In this document: piece by piece, positions 11,401 through 26,256 of the stretch
Layout of the letters: each line of letters begins with the position of its first letter
Numbering within the stretch: position 1 is the stretch's first letter
Assembly (NCBI RefSeq): GCF_000150275.1
Contig: NW_002060943.1
Location: 12,595,694-12,659,693 of the forward strand
Length of the DNA: 64,000 nt
Direction: 5' to 3'
Origin: Trichoplax adhaerens
Lineage: Eukaryota; Animalia; Placozoa
Position numbers and translations under genes: made by a program
The notes under the pieces: generated by a model
Database searches by the model: none
Seen by the model: only the letters and a program-made list of their open reading frames with translations
What the model was told of the DNA's origin: nothing

Positions 11401-13977
11401 TTCAACATATTGAGGTAGTACGTAAGGAATAAAATAGCCACGATTGTCTTGATATTGCTTATCGGAATCACTGATTTCGGATATAATGCCATAAATTTTT
11501 AAGACATCAATGATCATTTTTCTCTCCATATCATCGAAGTTAAAATGGCTAGCAAGGCTATTTAACCATTCGCAGTTTATTTTTTTCAAATAATTTATTT
11601 GGCCTAATTCGTCATGAAATTCCATGTCCTTATATCGCTGTGGATACCATTTTGAAGCATGACCAGCTATGTTTACAAGCCACTGAAGATCAGTAACAAT
11701 AATTCCTTCATTTTGACAATATAGAATGTCGCCAGCATCATTTAAATAGGATAACATATCAAGAAAGAAATTTTCATCTTCATATAATCCAATATCTCGC
11801 GATAGTTGGCGTATATCATCCACTTTCATTATTTTATGAATTGAATAACCCATTATATTATCAAAAAGATTTATTGATAATTCTTGGTTGTGATGCTTCT
11901 GAACAGCTTCGTGTAATATTTGCCCCATGAAGAGCCATTTTGCCGGTATGTTTTCCTGAGAAAGTGGTAGAGACTGTAGAAACTGTCTTATCATAGCCAT
12001 TAGTTCATTTCTACACTGTCGGCGATTATTAATGATATCCAAATGATTATCTTGAAGATTGGAATTGAAAATAATTTTTGAAGAGACTACATGACTTTTT
12101 AAGAAAGGTAAGGATTTTAATAAGCCTTGAATTAATTGCTCAAATTGACAAGTTTGTTCTTCATGGATTTTGCCTTGGTGTAAACCGACCAAAATTATAA
12201 TTGGTAACGAATATTCTTGAGTTTGCTCGTTCATAGTTATGCTGAGCCGGTTTTGAGAGGTATCTTTACCAATTATGGTAACCAGCCATTCCTTGAAAGT
12301 TTCTAGATATGAGATTCTTTCTGATGAATAATGCCAATTTTGCAAAGTCTCATTTATTGCATCAGTCATATTTAAGGGAATAATATATAAGTTGCTTTTA
12401 GGAATGAACGGATAGTAGGCAATAGAATGGGCCACAGAGATATTATTACTGCAAAATTTGATAGCCTGAGAAGGTTTATTTGCAGTATTATTATTCCAAG
12501 TGAAGTATGATTGAAGAGACTCATTGAGTTGTGAATTTTGCCTATAAAGGCGAATTAATTTTTCGAATGGTGTTATAAAATTAGAGAATGAGTCATTAAT
12601 TTTGGGCGTAGTTATTGTTTCGGTACTTTGATAATTTCTATTTACTTGTCCGTATTCTTCCTCCTTAGTAACGTTTGTTCGTGATTTTGAGAAAGTATTT
12701 CCATTACTTTCCTCACCACAGCACGTATTTTTAGCAAATTTTGTAACTAAAATATTCTTTAGCAAGGTGTATGTCACGAAGGTAAAAAGAAATACTTGAT
12801 CATCGTTCAATTTACATGCAACATCATCCGTAAAGCTAATTCCCGTATGTGCAGCACCAGTTAGTTGCTTTTCAATTCTATATGCAGAAATATTAAGCAT
12901 TTCTATCAAAGATTGCGTACAAATACTTGTATATCTAGCACTCATAACGCTAATTCTATTCAGATTATTGTAAAATTTAGCATTGCCCAAAGCCCTGATG
13001 CAAGCTTTCAAAAATTCCTTGTTGCCTGTAGGTGATATGAATAAAACGAAATTGAGCTAATATACGAAAAGATAATTAAAGATTTACTGTATTGACAGAT
13101 TATTTATGATCAATAATTAAAATTATTATTACAAGTCCAAACGTACGCAATTTGATTTTTTTATTCACTCTAATCGCAAAATAGAATACGTTCTAACACC
13201 ACTAAAAGAATCTTACCGACAAGACAATCTGATAAAATAGTTTTTTGATTCGATGATAACAAATCGTTAGAAGTATCTTCAAATAGAAAGGATGTCACTA
13301 ACGTATAACATATTTATTATAACACCAATTAAAAACAACAGCTAAAAATCTCTCTTTCTTAGATTAAAACTGAAATGAACTCAGCTTTATTGATAAAAAA
13401 CGTTCTTTGTGCTGGTTAAATTATATGAGGTTAAAATATTGCACTTGGGTTTACGCATTAAACTTATAGATTGGCTTGGAGTTACTTACAATGTATACTT
13501 TGGCAGTTTTTTCCATTTAATTGACATTTTTGATTCAAGCCTCCTAATGAAAAATTAATTGAATTCTGTTAATTGGTATAAATATTAGTGATTTCTACTC
13601 ATCCTTAAAATAAATTAATGCTGGCCGTTATTACCAGATAACCTTGCTGTTTCGTCTTGCCTATTCAAGCAAAAAGCGATATGTTTCCCGGAGTTTATTT
13701 TTCTGGCTATTTGTTCTGCTTTCAAACAGCAGAAGCAAGCATGATGATATTTCTTCTGCTTGATATAGATGTTGATTAAGATTAGAAACAGATCACAATA
13801 AAAATGATCATCGTACGGAGTTTCATTAGTTAAAATCTTGACGGCATCGACTAGCTTTTCGATTTCAGGCAAGATTTCAATCGGTTGATCAATATCTTGA
13901 TTGTAACTTTGATTTGCAGATAAGATGAGGGAATTAATCTCATCTATTATTAAAGATTTCGTTGATTTATTACCCAT
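8494..13977 (-). CDS. Gene B: multi-exon Roco-family protein, myristoyl/TPR cap - degenerate Roc - COR - Zn ribbon - CARD-like - ZU5 - UPA-like (~1318 aa)
   Basis: Exons 13977-13635, 13543-13490, 13276-13217, 13025-10848, 10247-9918, 9581-8617, 8520-8494. All join in frame; the internal exons before ZU5 (54, 60, 2178, 330 nt) are phase 1-1. COR motifs: IPAKWL, LSYLNDAGDILY, IIVTDLQWLVN, YFIPYVLP, YIPDNLFRDLI. ZU5 motif GFEFHIPADSL...VVQLEP. Confidence 0.75.
8617..9581 (-). CDS. Gene B exon 6: ZU5 + UPA-like domain
   Basis: Within ORF 8560..9621. Acceptor tttcag|CT, donor TTG|gtaagg. Homologous to ORFs 23934, 30112 and 60150. Confidence 0.8.
10848..13025 (-). CDS. Gene B exon 4: Roc-like (degenerate G motifs) + COR + CxxC...CxxC
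   Basis: ORF 10837..13011. Acceptor tacag|GC at 13025, donor AAGG|gtatgc at 10848. Roco-type motif order is recognisable (ISVMSARYTSICTQSL, HTGISF, YPFIPKSNLYII, IILVGLHQG, then the COR motifs). Confidence 0.8.
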
Positions 13978-16900
13978 AGCTAAGCGAATAACGCCTTGAA
14001 GTTTATTTTCCTTTTATAATAAATCATTCCTTATTTAATATAGCACCGAATGGACTCAGAATAGCCCAATTGAAGCTTAAGATGGAACGTGAAAACAAAT
14101 CAGAGCTGTAACTAGGCTAAAAATTTCGGTCATCAATGCTATTATTGATTATTGGGAGAAATTTCCAGATGTATTTATTCATAAAAGAGTACAACGATAG
14201 ATTCTAGAATAATAAATATATACATCGTAATGGATTACACATTACGCAAAGATGTAATAAATAGAATAGCTATATAAGAAATCAAATAGACATTGCCGCT
14301 GTGTCTTTCTTAGAATAATAGACTTTATTAATGGCTTTTTTTCTTTCTTTGTATTATTTGATGCAAACAACAAAAATTAAATTTTAGGCGTGTAGTTGCA
14401 AATCAAAACAATACGGGTAATTTAGAAAATTTAATAGTAATCTACTCTTAATTTCCTACCTAGATCAATACTATAGTCATTTACTATTATGTTAGTTACA
14501 GGGAGAGCTACCTGTTGCTTTTCATTCAACTTGCAACAATCTGCTTACAATCTTGGAATAAGAGTTTTCTTTAAGCCTATATCTTCGGGCAAGTGAATTA
14601 TGTCATTGTTATGAGGATAACTATTTTTAATCACGCTGAAGTAATATAAAAAGAAACTCTTGTGATTTGAGTTTAACTCTAGCTGTAGTCTATTGCTTTG
14701 CTATATTATGATATTTCGAAACTGTTTCTAGTCGTTACGACAATGATTTATATGAATCCGTTAGTACATAAATAAAATTTAGTTTTTATCTTTGAGTAAC
14801 TGCAAAACGCTGCTCAATTCATCATAAAACTAAGTATTAATTCTTCTAATACTTTGTTGTTGGCTACTTTGGATCGAGTTAAGATGATAGACTCATACTT
14901 TAAACATCTATAAATAATAATCGTATAGGCATCTTCCCATTAAATCTCGTTTTGATTACGTCATCATTTCATCATATTATGAATCATTTATTGATGACTA
15001 TGCACAAATTGTAAAGACGATAATTAATTTAGTTAATAAGCCTTAACTGTGGCTTATGTATTCGAATTTTCCAACTTCAGGTAATATGAAGCAATATTAC
15101 AATATAATATCGATTCTCGGGATGGAATGACCCTGCCAGATGTAATATTTCTGTAGTTTATTTTGGTGATAAAATATAAGATTTTATACGAAGTTATGCC
15201 AGGGCGAGATGACTATGAATAAGGACTACGGTATTACATAGATAAGATGCTAATATATCGAAGAATATGAACTAAGAAGATAATTCCACTACGTCACCAA
15301 AAATTTATAACTGAGAATGAAGCAGGATGACGTATGCATGGCAATATGCAATGATGCAACCCATGTTTGATTGGATAGATAGCCATATTCAGAAAAGTTA
15401 AATTCCTTAATCATAGATATTATCGAGATTCTAGTATTGAATGATAGCTAATTAATTGCTATATTAGAAATTATTTATTTTAATATTAGCCAGTTAGCTA
15501 AGTCGATGAATAAACCTAAGTGACTTCATGTACTATGAAGATACCCTTACGCTTTCCGTGTTGAATACCGGTTTAAGATTGATGATTTGAAGCAACTTAA
15601 ATCATACCAGTGAATTATATTAATTACCTATTTGAGAAAAAGTCTTTTGATTGATGACTCAAGTCAATAATAGGCAATCATCTACCTGTAAATCGATTAA
15701 ACGAAAAGCGACCAAGAATAACACAGATGAGCTTCCATTAGAATTCGCTTTTTTGCGTTTATGATACTTTAGAGTAGATTTTTATTAATTATTGACGGTT
15801 GCTGCGTTCTTCTTTAACTCAATAATAGCAGTCATTTTTAAATTCTATCTTGAGGAAGATAACGGTTAAGAAGGTTGACTTCCAAAATTCTCCTTCAAGT
15901 TTTTGTATTGTAACTATTCTAACTTAGGTTTTTTTATCGTGATAAGAATTCTAGCTTTAAATACATGACTTATTTGGCTGATTATAACGGTACATCTACT
16001 TAATATCTAAACATATTGTAAACCCAACTGCTTTGTTCGGGTTAGAATTTAAAATAATTAATCAGTAGTACAATATTCGTTAAGAATCAGATATAGTGAT
16101 CTTGTAATTTAATAGATGTCTTTAGTTAATAGAATATGTATGGCTACTTTGATCATTGATTACAGAGAAGTTAATGTTACTTTGTAATTTCATTCAGTAT
16201 GAACCCAAACCATTGATCTGGGTTCTAATTTCACTTTGTTATTTTGTCTTAATGTATACTGTAGCAATATACAGTTCCAAGCTAAACTGTATTTATATTA
16301 ACTAAATATCTTTCGGGAATCTAGGGTATAATTTAACTTATTTTGTGAATTTGATTGCTAGCTTAATTTGGAGTACCTAAGAATGATAGATGGATGCTCT
16401 AACACCACCAACAAGTCTGCGTAACATACTAGTATAGTAGATGGCATAATTCGATAGTTTAGTGAAATCTTAGAAAGGGAAGATAAGAAAAAAATCTAGG
16501 ATAATCATGAGTTATCTTATTAATTGATAGCTTGCTTGATTGGGCCCATATTTGTATTGCTCTTACAAAAATTTTAGTTAAAAATTATAATAATCTGGTA
16601 TCTTTCTCTAATGTATTTTGTTTTGAACCTCAAGTGTCGGTAGCTTAACTTAGTTCTTCTCGTCTAATATCACTATTGTTTTGTAAAAATTAGATTCAAG
16701 ATAACTTAGAATAGCTCTGAAATACTTTTATCTTACGGTAATACTAATGAAACTTGCATAACTAGAAATTATGATCACCACGATAGTTTATCAGACTTTC
16801 TTTAGAACTTTGAAAATTTTTAGTTGACGAAGTTGAATTGCAACTATTTTGTCAGGTACACCAGTTATAAAACTAAAGTTTAACCGAATCTGCAATATTC

Positions 16901-19288
16901 ATAACTTGTAATAATACGGATAAAACACTCCTTTATAATATCTGAATACTTGCGTATAGGAAACACTAAATCTATCAATAATATTTCTGTGATATGATAA
17001 TTTGCGTAACTATCTTAATATATCTGATAAAATCTAATAATTGATTCTAAGCTGAAATTGTAAAATATGCCAATAGATTAAATTTTATTTGCCGCTACGC
17101 GCATATTAGAAAAACAGATGAAATTTTAAAGAGTTGCTCACTGGAAATAAAGTAGAGAAACTAGTTCTTTTTTCAGACAGATCTGTAAAGATATTAAAAT
17201 TGTTAAAAATTGAGCTAGATTTATTTACATTTGGCCACTTCTAAATGTAAATATTTAGTGGATAGGAAGCAATTTAAGTTATCATGGGGCATCAAAATTT
17301 AATGTATCGTTCTGTAGATACTTTTAGTTAGTTTATCGAAAAGTAAACAACATAGAAATTATGGTAAAAAACTTGACAATTCTTATGTTAAACAGTTTCA
17401 CAAATAATGCTGAATCCTTATTATGGTCACATCATCATACTTCGTTCATATTGTTTCATTGCTCAAAAAGCAATATTATTGCAATGTAACGTTGCTATAC
17501 TCTTATATCACATAACCTGAGTTTATTGAAGGACTGATTTACAGCATTGAAATTTTGGGTTCTTAGCCTTGCTGATGATGCATAGTGCCCATGTCATTCT
17601 CTGATGAATTTCATGAAACAATCATAGAAAGTACACTAATAAATAAGCATTGAGATAATTTCTTGAAATTTCAAAATGTGCAGTAATTTAAGTAAAATTA
17701 TAGCAAATATTGGTATTATATTGTCGTTCAACTTGACGCTTATATACTTTATGCGTTTTTGAAAATGAATGCTTCAAAATTTCATAACTTTAGAAGATTT
17801 TAAAGTAATTTTGGAAGTAAAAATAGCTACAGTCACAATTAAATATCATTTAAATTTTGTTTATGTATTTGCATATCATCCGACTACTTGATTTGTACCT
17901 TGTTGATATTTACTGTACTAAACAAAAATAGTTAAACAGAATCAAATAATGCAGGAAATTTAGATGCTATATTTTTTATCACCTTTATTGCAGTGCTTTG
18001 AATGTAGGTACGGTAACAATCAAAATATTTTCATGTTCTAATCTGCTTTTACAAAGGCAGAACAAGATCATTGATAATTTAAAGCGTTCATATGACCGTT
18101 TGTGGAAACTTCTAGATTATCACATATCATAGGAATTTAATCATGCAGTATGTAGTGAATAATTATTTTAAATATTCTAATTTTTAAATTACGAAATGAG
18201 AGTTGTGCCTTGTCAAGAAATTGAAAAATTTATCTAAAATTTATCACAATAGATAAAATATTGCAATTTAAGGAGGGAAATAACAGAAAATTACATTTTT
18301 GTCTTCAATTTGACTTACGTATAATACTTAATATTTTATGATTACTGTGTTTTCTAAAAGAAATTAAATTACGCATGAATTAATAATAAGAAATTGTGAA
18401 ATGTATCTGAATTAATGTCTAGTCAAGTAAATCCTTTTTGAGCTAATCTAAAATTATCACCAACTTACGTCGAACAGAGCTAGAAAAGTGCATCGAAGAG
18501 CTTGTTCATACACAGCAGCAAATTTTGAAACAGACATACAAAATTCACGTAAATCTGAAGAATTTATCTATTAATTTAGTATATTATACTTGGGCTTGTT
18601 TATCGTGTGACCAACCAACTTGATTTTTTAGCTCATTATTTGGGCCGATTCAAAAGAAGAACTGTAATAAGTGATCTTCTTATTAATAAAAAAAACTTCA
18701 GTCTCTAGTAAACTCACTTTATTCCATAGATCAGGTTCATCTTACAACTACTAAGAACTATCTAGCTTCAATAGGACTATAATTTACAGCGAAAGCTCGC
18801 GGTTTGTATATCCTTTATGACAGAATGAATTTTACACCTTACAATCATATCTTGATAAATTAAGTCGCAAGATAACAGTTCATCATCTCGCAAGCTATTC
18901 ATTATTCACGCGTCTAATTAAAGCGCCACAATGCAACTTTCCCAGTACTAACATAATTAGTCTTATCTATTCATATCATAAAATCTTAATGTGAACATCT
19001 CAATAACATGAAGACAATACGCATTGTAAACCTCTTCTACAAATAGATATCTTCAAAATCATACAATCTAACGTAGGAGTACTACTACTCTTGTACGGTC
19101 TTACAATCACAATGCAAGCTATATTTGGGGCTGCACTACAAAAACATAGTACCGTAGATTACTGTATGCAATATGTGGTGTCATAATTTGACTAACTTAA
19201 TTTAATATTTCTAAGATTTGAAGTATTATTATTTAAGCAATAGCCATTAATAATGCTTCTAAGAGATCATTAATTAGTTATTGCAGGC

Positions 19289-19646
19289 TGTAACATTATG
19301 ATCTTATATAGAAGATGCCTAGTATAGTAATATCCTAACATACGAATACTTATCATATACCGTTTAAGTACTGTATTGTATTACATTCATAATGTACGAC
19401 ATCATGACCACATATAGACGACATGCTATACATATAAAGACATTATCTCAATCCCATCTAAAACCTATAAATACCCTTGTACGCTAACTCGTTAGTCAGT
19501 TCCTACATTCCTGCTATCTCAAATACCTTACCTATAACAACCATATCATTGTTAGCCTGTAACTTGTATCTCAATAAAATCCTTTATACCTTCTATCATC
19601 GTCTACCTTAAAATACTTTACGCTACTTAAAGAAGATAATATTACA
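19289..19646 (+). mobile_element. Solo LTR of an LTR retrotransposon (358 bp)
   Basis: TG...CA termini with an 11-bp imperfect inverted repeat (TGTAACATTAT / ATAATATTACA). Perfect 5-bp target-site duplication CAGGC at 19284-19288 and 19647-19651. Internal TATAAATA (19466-19473) followed by AATAAA (19573-19578). Confidence 0.8.
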
Positions 19647-22600
19647 CAGGCTATTTCATAGTAATGATTCAGTTGATTTATCTACTACGTTTTATATCAG
19701 AATAGAGAATGAGAGAGAATTCAATAAGCTTCTATAATAATTATACATATCCAATCGGAAATTTTGTAACACGCTTTGCGTTGCATGCTAAAACTGATGG
19801 ACAATTTGATAGTTATTTTATCGTTATAGTGTTAATCGAATTTAAGTGCATAATATACGTTAGATAAAGTGTTTTGTATACTTTTTCATTAGGTTAAAAT
19901 TGCCAAGAATTTAGGGGAAGAATATTGAGTTGGAAAGAAAAATTTGCAGAAATTCCTTTGGAACCGTTCCAAACCTCCATTCACTTTATCAAAAAGGTTA
20001 AGTAGAATAACTAGAAATAGAATAAAAATAAATCAAAGCTATAATAATCTATTATAATAGCTTTAATCAGTCATTTATTGAAATAACCTAAAAGCTCTTA
20101 TATTGTTTGTCTAGGCTTTATTATCTTAATATTGGGATCAAATTCTTGAATACATGCGTATTCAATCTAAATAATGAAATATCATCAATTTTTTTTCCAT
20201 ATCATTACATATTTAATTGATAGTTGTCAGCCGTTAATAAAATTGTTAGTATTCAATTATTGTAAATTAATAAAAATAATGAGATAGCTGATAGTGTGTA
20301 ATTTTATTCGGAATTAATGAGTAACAATAGAATAAATCAATAATAATACCTGTATTTAAGTCTTGCAAGTAATTTTTGAAATGAATACAATTCCTTTCCT
20401 TTCCTATAGTTGTTGCACGTTTTGTAATTGAATGGCGTTAAAGTGATTTAACTGTGGTCTGTTTCGTTAATTTATCATTTCTAGATTTGCCAATCTGTTA
20501 ATGATACAAAGTCACAATAAGATCAACTTCACTTAAGAAACTAGTAAGTATGTCATGGTATTCCAATTTAGTTCTATCGGTAAAGATTACTTTATTTGAT
20601 ATAAAATATCTTCTATTAATTTTGGAGTAAAGTTATGCTTCACTATTTCTATCACGATTGGTTACATTCGCAATTTATAGTTTCTAATACGAAAATAATA
20701 GTTACCGGTATGTAAAGAATTCATCTAAAAAATTTAATCTAATTTGTTCAGTAAGACAGATGGTGTACAGATGCGTGTATCATACAAAAATTATGTAATT
20801 CGGGAAGGTTCAATCATGTGACATGATAAAATATTACTGAAATTTAGACCTTTCTTATTCATAATCAAGTCATGATTTTCGATCTGTCTAAAGTTGTAAT
20901 TATTTATATATCCTAATTTTGCTAGTGTGTTGGTGCTAATTCTACAAAACTATACAATTTAGTAATCGATTATAATGCAGTATAACAAGTTGTAAAAACT
21001 GTTGTTTCTGGTGCTATGATTAGTTTGCGGCAATGAAATAGTTAAGGCTGATTAATTATTCGCATATAAACGATACAAACGACTTTTAAAAGCAGCTATA
21101 AATTAGAAATTGACGATAAGAATTGATAAATCGATGACGTTTTTGGGTATGTGTCTGTATTATAGTTGTTTATCCCGATTAACATATAGCACCTGGTGTA
21201 TAGAAAAAAAGTACAGTAGCCTTAACTGGAAAATAAATCATTACTTCATAATTTTACTTATAAATAAATTAACTGAAAAGTAAGTCACTATTCATTATGA
21301 AGTGTCGCATGATGTTACATACTTGTCAATAAATTTTATTATTTACAAAAAGCCCATCGAAGTAATGTAAAATGCCTTAGAAATTTACATTATGATAAAC
21401 TGCTATACAGCCTACTTTTCAATCGCAAAATCCGCTCTAAAATAATTTTACGAGACAATTTGGAATAAAATCTAACGATTTATCATGCTAGGCCAAATAC
21501 ATAAAATATAAGAAACAGAACCGTGGAATGTATGCTGTTGTTGACTAACAGTTGATCATCACAGTAATTATCATTGATATTGGCGGTAATTATATCTATA
21601 AAGAATACTTTAGAAGCTAAATGTCTATGAATAAATATGCCGTAACTGAAAAAGAGTTCTTTGCTGTCTATACTGCCCATACTTTTCAATAAAAGTAACA
21701 GCAAGCCTATTTATTACTGATTAATAAAGACAAAGACTCAGATGATTATTATTCACAAATTAGCTGATGAATCATTGCTGATGAAGGAAAATGATTATGT
21801 ATTGTCTTACAAAGCATGCGTAGCTCTTTAGTGCATTATATTGGATTTGAAATTAATCAAAAATAGTGGGTCGTTCCTAATGAAATATGTGAAAAGAATG
21901 CGATTAAGAAATCCAACTCCAACAAGATAGATTCTCTACAATTCTTAGTGCGAAAAGGAATAGCATTAAAATACTTAATCCGTTTTGGCATAACAATAAT
22001 TGATAGAATCTTGAAATAGAAATTTTAAACTATTAGGAAATTTGGGTAATACACTACTGATAATAATATTTTAGGGGTGGTTCATATCTTCGATAGTATT
22101 ATTTCATGATAAGCGTATGAACCAAAGAATGCTATCTATTACAATACTTTACATTGATAGACCATTTTGTCAATTATGCAATAAAACTCAAAGACGGGTT
22201 ATATTACTATACTTATTCAATACGCATGATGATTACCTGCAGTTCGTGTTCCCTCCCAAATTATGTAAAGCAAAAGAAGAAATAGTAGAACTAAACATGA
22301 TAGTAAGTACGTTAATGTCTGACATCAAGGAAAATTAATATCTACAGCTACTAATATACGTATAATGAAGAAGAGAGCTCTGATCAATTCGTGATTGTTA
22401 ATGACAAATCGATTAAATAAAACAGGACATAATTGTATAGTGTACATTAAAAATGGATTAATTGGCGTGAAATATCGTAAGTATTTCAGAATTACCTATG
22501 CTGAACTTTGATTAGCAATTTCATTGGTGTAATACGTTATATTTCTACTCTATTTGACTTTTAATCATAGTGAGTTAGTATACTGTACAGTACTACGATT

Positions 22601-23885
22601 TACTGTATATCATTTCAGCTAGAGTGTCAAATATATACGTAAATCTAAAAATAGGTCCAAGGTAACTGTTGGTTGGAGTTTCAGCCTCCATAATATGTCA
22701 AATCATGTAGTAATTCCACCAATCATCGAAGGTTATACCGTGGGAAAATCAATTAGGTAGCACTCAATGTTGTGACAGGTACACAATTACGCACTTTCCC
22801 GGAATTAATATAATCGGTAAGATCAAGAAATAAAGGAAACAATTATCAAAATGAAGCTCTATTTTTGGCATTGTAAGCCATTGACTTAGTTAAGATGCTA
22901 TTATTACGATAATAAATTATCGACGATTATGTATTTATGGAATGCAGCCAATAATCTTATTGCCCTTGTTTTGTACTTGCAGAGGCACAAATAATTGATG
23001 TTCATAATAGAACACAGTATTGACTTCACGCTAATGAAGAAAACTCTAATTTAGTACTTATATTTTTATGTTACAAAACTCATAATGTCGTAAATTATGG
23101 TTTTATCAATTGTCATCGCTTGTTACATGTTAGCTACTATAAGCTACAGAGCAAAAAGCATAAATTAAAATAGCTATGACAGCATAAAGTTAATTAGTAA
23201 TAACTCAACAGCACATAAATCCAATTTAAGTTGCCTTACCGGTTAGCCTTATGCCTTTACCTTCATCATATTGTTAGCGTTTATTCTATAATTGATACAT
23301 TAAGAAAGGATAAATGATTTATTCAGTCAATTAGCACATTTGCCACTTTTAACATTAAAGCATTATTTTTCGATATAATAATACGCGTATGTCACCAAGT
23401 GATTCTCGTAGATAAAAAGTTTTGTCATACTCATTAAAGAACATGCAGTGGTATTTGTTAACAATAACGTTTACTATGATATTATGCATAGTTATATGAT
23501 ACTATCTACTTAATGATAAACTAATGCTGTTGTAACTTCAAAATAAACTGTCGGACTACGTAACAAAGTTTGGATCAGTTATGCAAAGACAGTCTAGTGG
23601 TTCAATATAATTTAATAGCGATAGGAAGTCGTCATTATTATTAATGATAACAGGTTCATAGCTACAATTTTCTGCTTTCAAAGGCGATTTATAGCAGACT
23701 AATATAAAGGAGCGACTATTTGTATTGCTATGGTATATAAGAACAATATTATTTTCTTCTATTTTATTTAAAGGTAAACTAGTAAAAAACCATCGTATAC
23801 AGTATTTACTATCGCTGGAAAGTATTTGATCTCATCAGAAATTATCAACAAAAATTTTCCACTTTCAATATTGCTATAGTACAGT

Positions 23886-26256
23886 CTACGAATGCTGTAA
23901 AATTTTATTTTATCTATTTAATAGATTGATAAGTTATTGGTACGAGTGAAAATTAAAAAAAATGATAGCGATTGCCAAGGATTTATAAGCAGTAAGGGCT
24001 ATACTCGTATCATGACTTACTTGAATTAGATAACTAGACACAATTTCTTTATCGGTATCCATCAGAGTTACTTTACATAATTCTGGTGGCTTAAACTCTG
24101 ATTCCAATATTTGGCATCGGAACCTAACGAAGCGACTCTCTAGGCAGCTATTATCCCATGTGAAGTGCCCAACATTAGAATCACCTGTCAGGGGAGAATG
24201 ATCTAAATAGTCAGATGTAAACTTAAGCCGATAACTTCCATTAGGAAGTTTAAATTCTTCATCCACGTCAGTGACCAGTTTTTCAAACGTCCAATTTTTA
24301 TACCGCTTTTCATCGGGTGAAATTTCATGCCCTTTGAGAGCGATTTTAAGCCACAAAAAAAAAATTGGTGTATCAGTTCTTACGAAATAGGCTTGTAAAG
24401 TAAGAGCTGACGCCTGAGAAGGAGAGGCTACAGCACCGAAAGCTGTAAATTGGCTTATATGGAAAATTGCACTTCTATCTTCACCGCGCTTAATCCAATC
24501 ATGACTTCTGTTGCTTTCATCCTTCTTCCATTCCAAAGTCTCACCATTTTGATAAAATAAACAGACAACTTGTTCGTCTTCTGCATGTTTCCCGTCCGAA
24601 ATATTTTCCTTTACAACGGGTAGTTGTAATGTTGGTAATTGATTGTCAGGTGTATTAAGCTGCAAACCGCTTGGCTCAATTAGAATAACTGGTGACACAA
24701 ACTTTAATTTCAATCGATTAGACGATAAAATGAACGGAGGATCAGTGTGGGAAGCTTTAATTGTCACTAATGTGTCACTAAGTAAACAGTTTTTAGGAAT
24801 TGTAAGTTTTACTTCTGGTAATCCCTTCAAAGTAACGCAAGAATATTCCTTTGCTTGGCAATTATAAGTTGTTTGCGGAGTATCTGTCTCCTCTGTTGAA
24901 ATTGATCAAAATGGCAATATTATCGTTTATTAATTTGGATAGTTCGCTACCAAAATTAGTATTCCATATAGTACAATAGCACAAAATATTGTCAACTAGA
25001 TACTAAATCGCGACAAGTAATCGTATAAATTGGAATACGCCCAAGCAGCAGATAATAAGAATCTAAGTCGTCTCGAAAGTTACGGTTGTTTTGCTTGTTT
25101 GGATAATCACTCAAATCTAAAGCATTACATTTTAATAACATTTCCATGCTTTCAAGATCGTAAGAAATAAGTTATGGTAGTTTCTTTACGTTATAGTGTT
25201 TTTATTATCAGTAGATCAACATTATCTATGAAAATTATTACATGGCGTCGAATTAAAAAATTTACCTGCTATAGGATTCGCCGACACTTTTTCTCCACCT
25301 TCCAAAGCTAAATCGTCAACGATAGCGATATCTTTTTGTTGCAAATCTTGGGTCTCCAATAATATTTGATTACTGGTTAGCTGGATATCGATATTACGGC
25401 CAAATTCATGAAAAAATTTTGCTATTTTGCGCATGTAGCATTGTACGATAGGATGACTATCGCCTAAGGTTGACGTATAGTTCTTCAAAATTTTCTGATA
25501 CGTTTCAATAGCTAGATTATATTTCAAACGGCAAATATGGATATCTGCTATGCAGTTATAAACATCAATTATATCATAGTAATTATGATCAGTTGATGCC
25601 AATAATATCTTGACTGAACTTTGGCACATCTCCATGGCGTCATCATACTTTAATACCTTAAAGTAGATTTTACCAAGATTTTCAAGCGACTTTGCTACTT
25701 TACGACTGTCTTCCTTTCGGGCCTTAAGTCTTATATCTAAAGCTGCATGATGAGCAGCAAGAGCTTTACTGTACTCTTCTTTATCATAATGAATGTATCC
25801 AATCAGAGTATAAGAATCAGCAACATCGAGGCTATTCCTAGGACAAAGTATACTACATTTTATTTGTAGCGATTTATTAGCTAATGCTAATGCTCTATCG
25901 TATTCCCGGAAAGCTTTCTTTATTTCTGCTTCCCTATCATGGCATCGGGCCAGAAAAACTCCATCGCCCTCTTTCTCGCTAATTTCTTTGACCTCCTGAA
26001 TACAATCTGTTGCTTTCTGGTAGTCTCCTATAATGATACAAACTGTTGCTATAAAAAGAAGCAGATCTTTTTTAATCAGAGTAAATTCTGCTGATCTTTG
26101 ATTCTCCTCTGCTGATTTAGTTAATTGTAATCCTTGTTCTAAAAAAGATTTGGCTGCTAGATAGTCCCTTGCGTTGTAATATAATTGACCATTTTGCCGC
26201 ATCGATTTTATCAGAATTATCTTTTCTGAGGCTGACTGATTCATAGTTAATTCCAT
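23886..26256 (-). CDS. Gene C: TPR - ZU5 - UPA-like protein (~620 aa)
   Basis: Exon 26256-25266 (TPR; donor GCAG|gtaaat, phase 1). Exon 24892-24021 (acceptor caacag|AG; ZU5 motif VKLTIPKNCL...FVSPVILIEPSG; donor CAA|gtaagt). Last exon uncertain (ttttacag|CATTCGTAG, 23894-23886). Confidence 0.75.

Noticed and set aside
10848-13025. NB-ARC/NACHT (STAND ATPase) reading of the large exon
   Set aside because: No Walker A/B or STAND motifs; the downstream motifs match COR.
15080-15450. Coding-looking stretch on the plus strand
   Set aside because: Stops in the frames I read and no recognisable homology; cannot support a pseudogene call.
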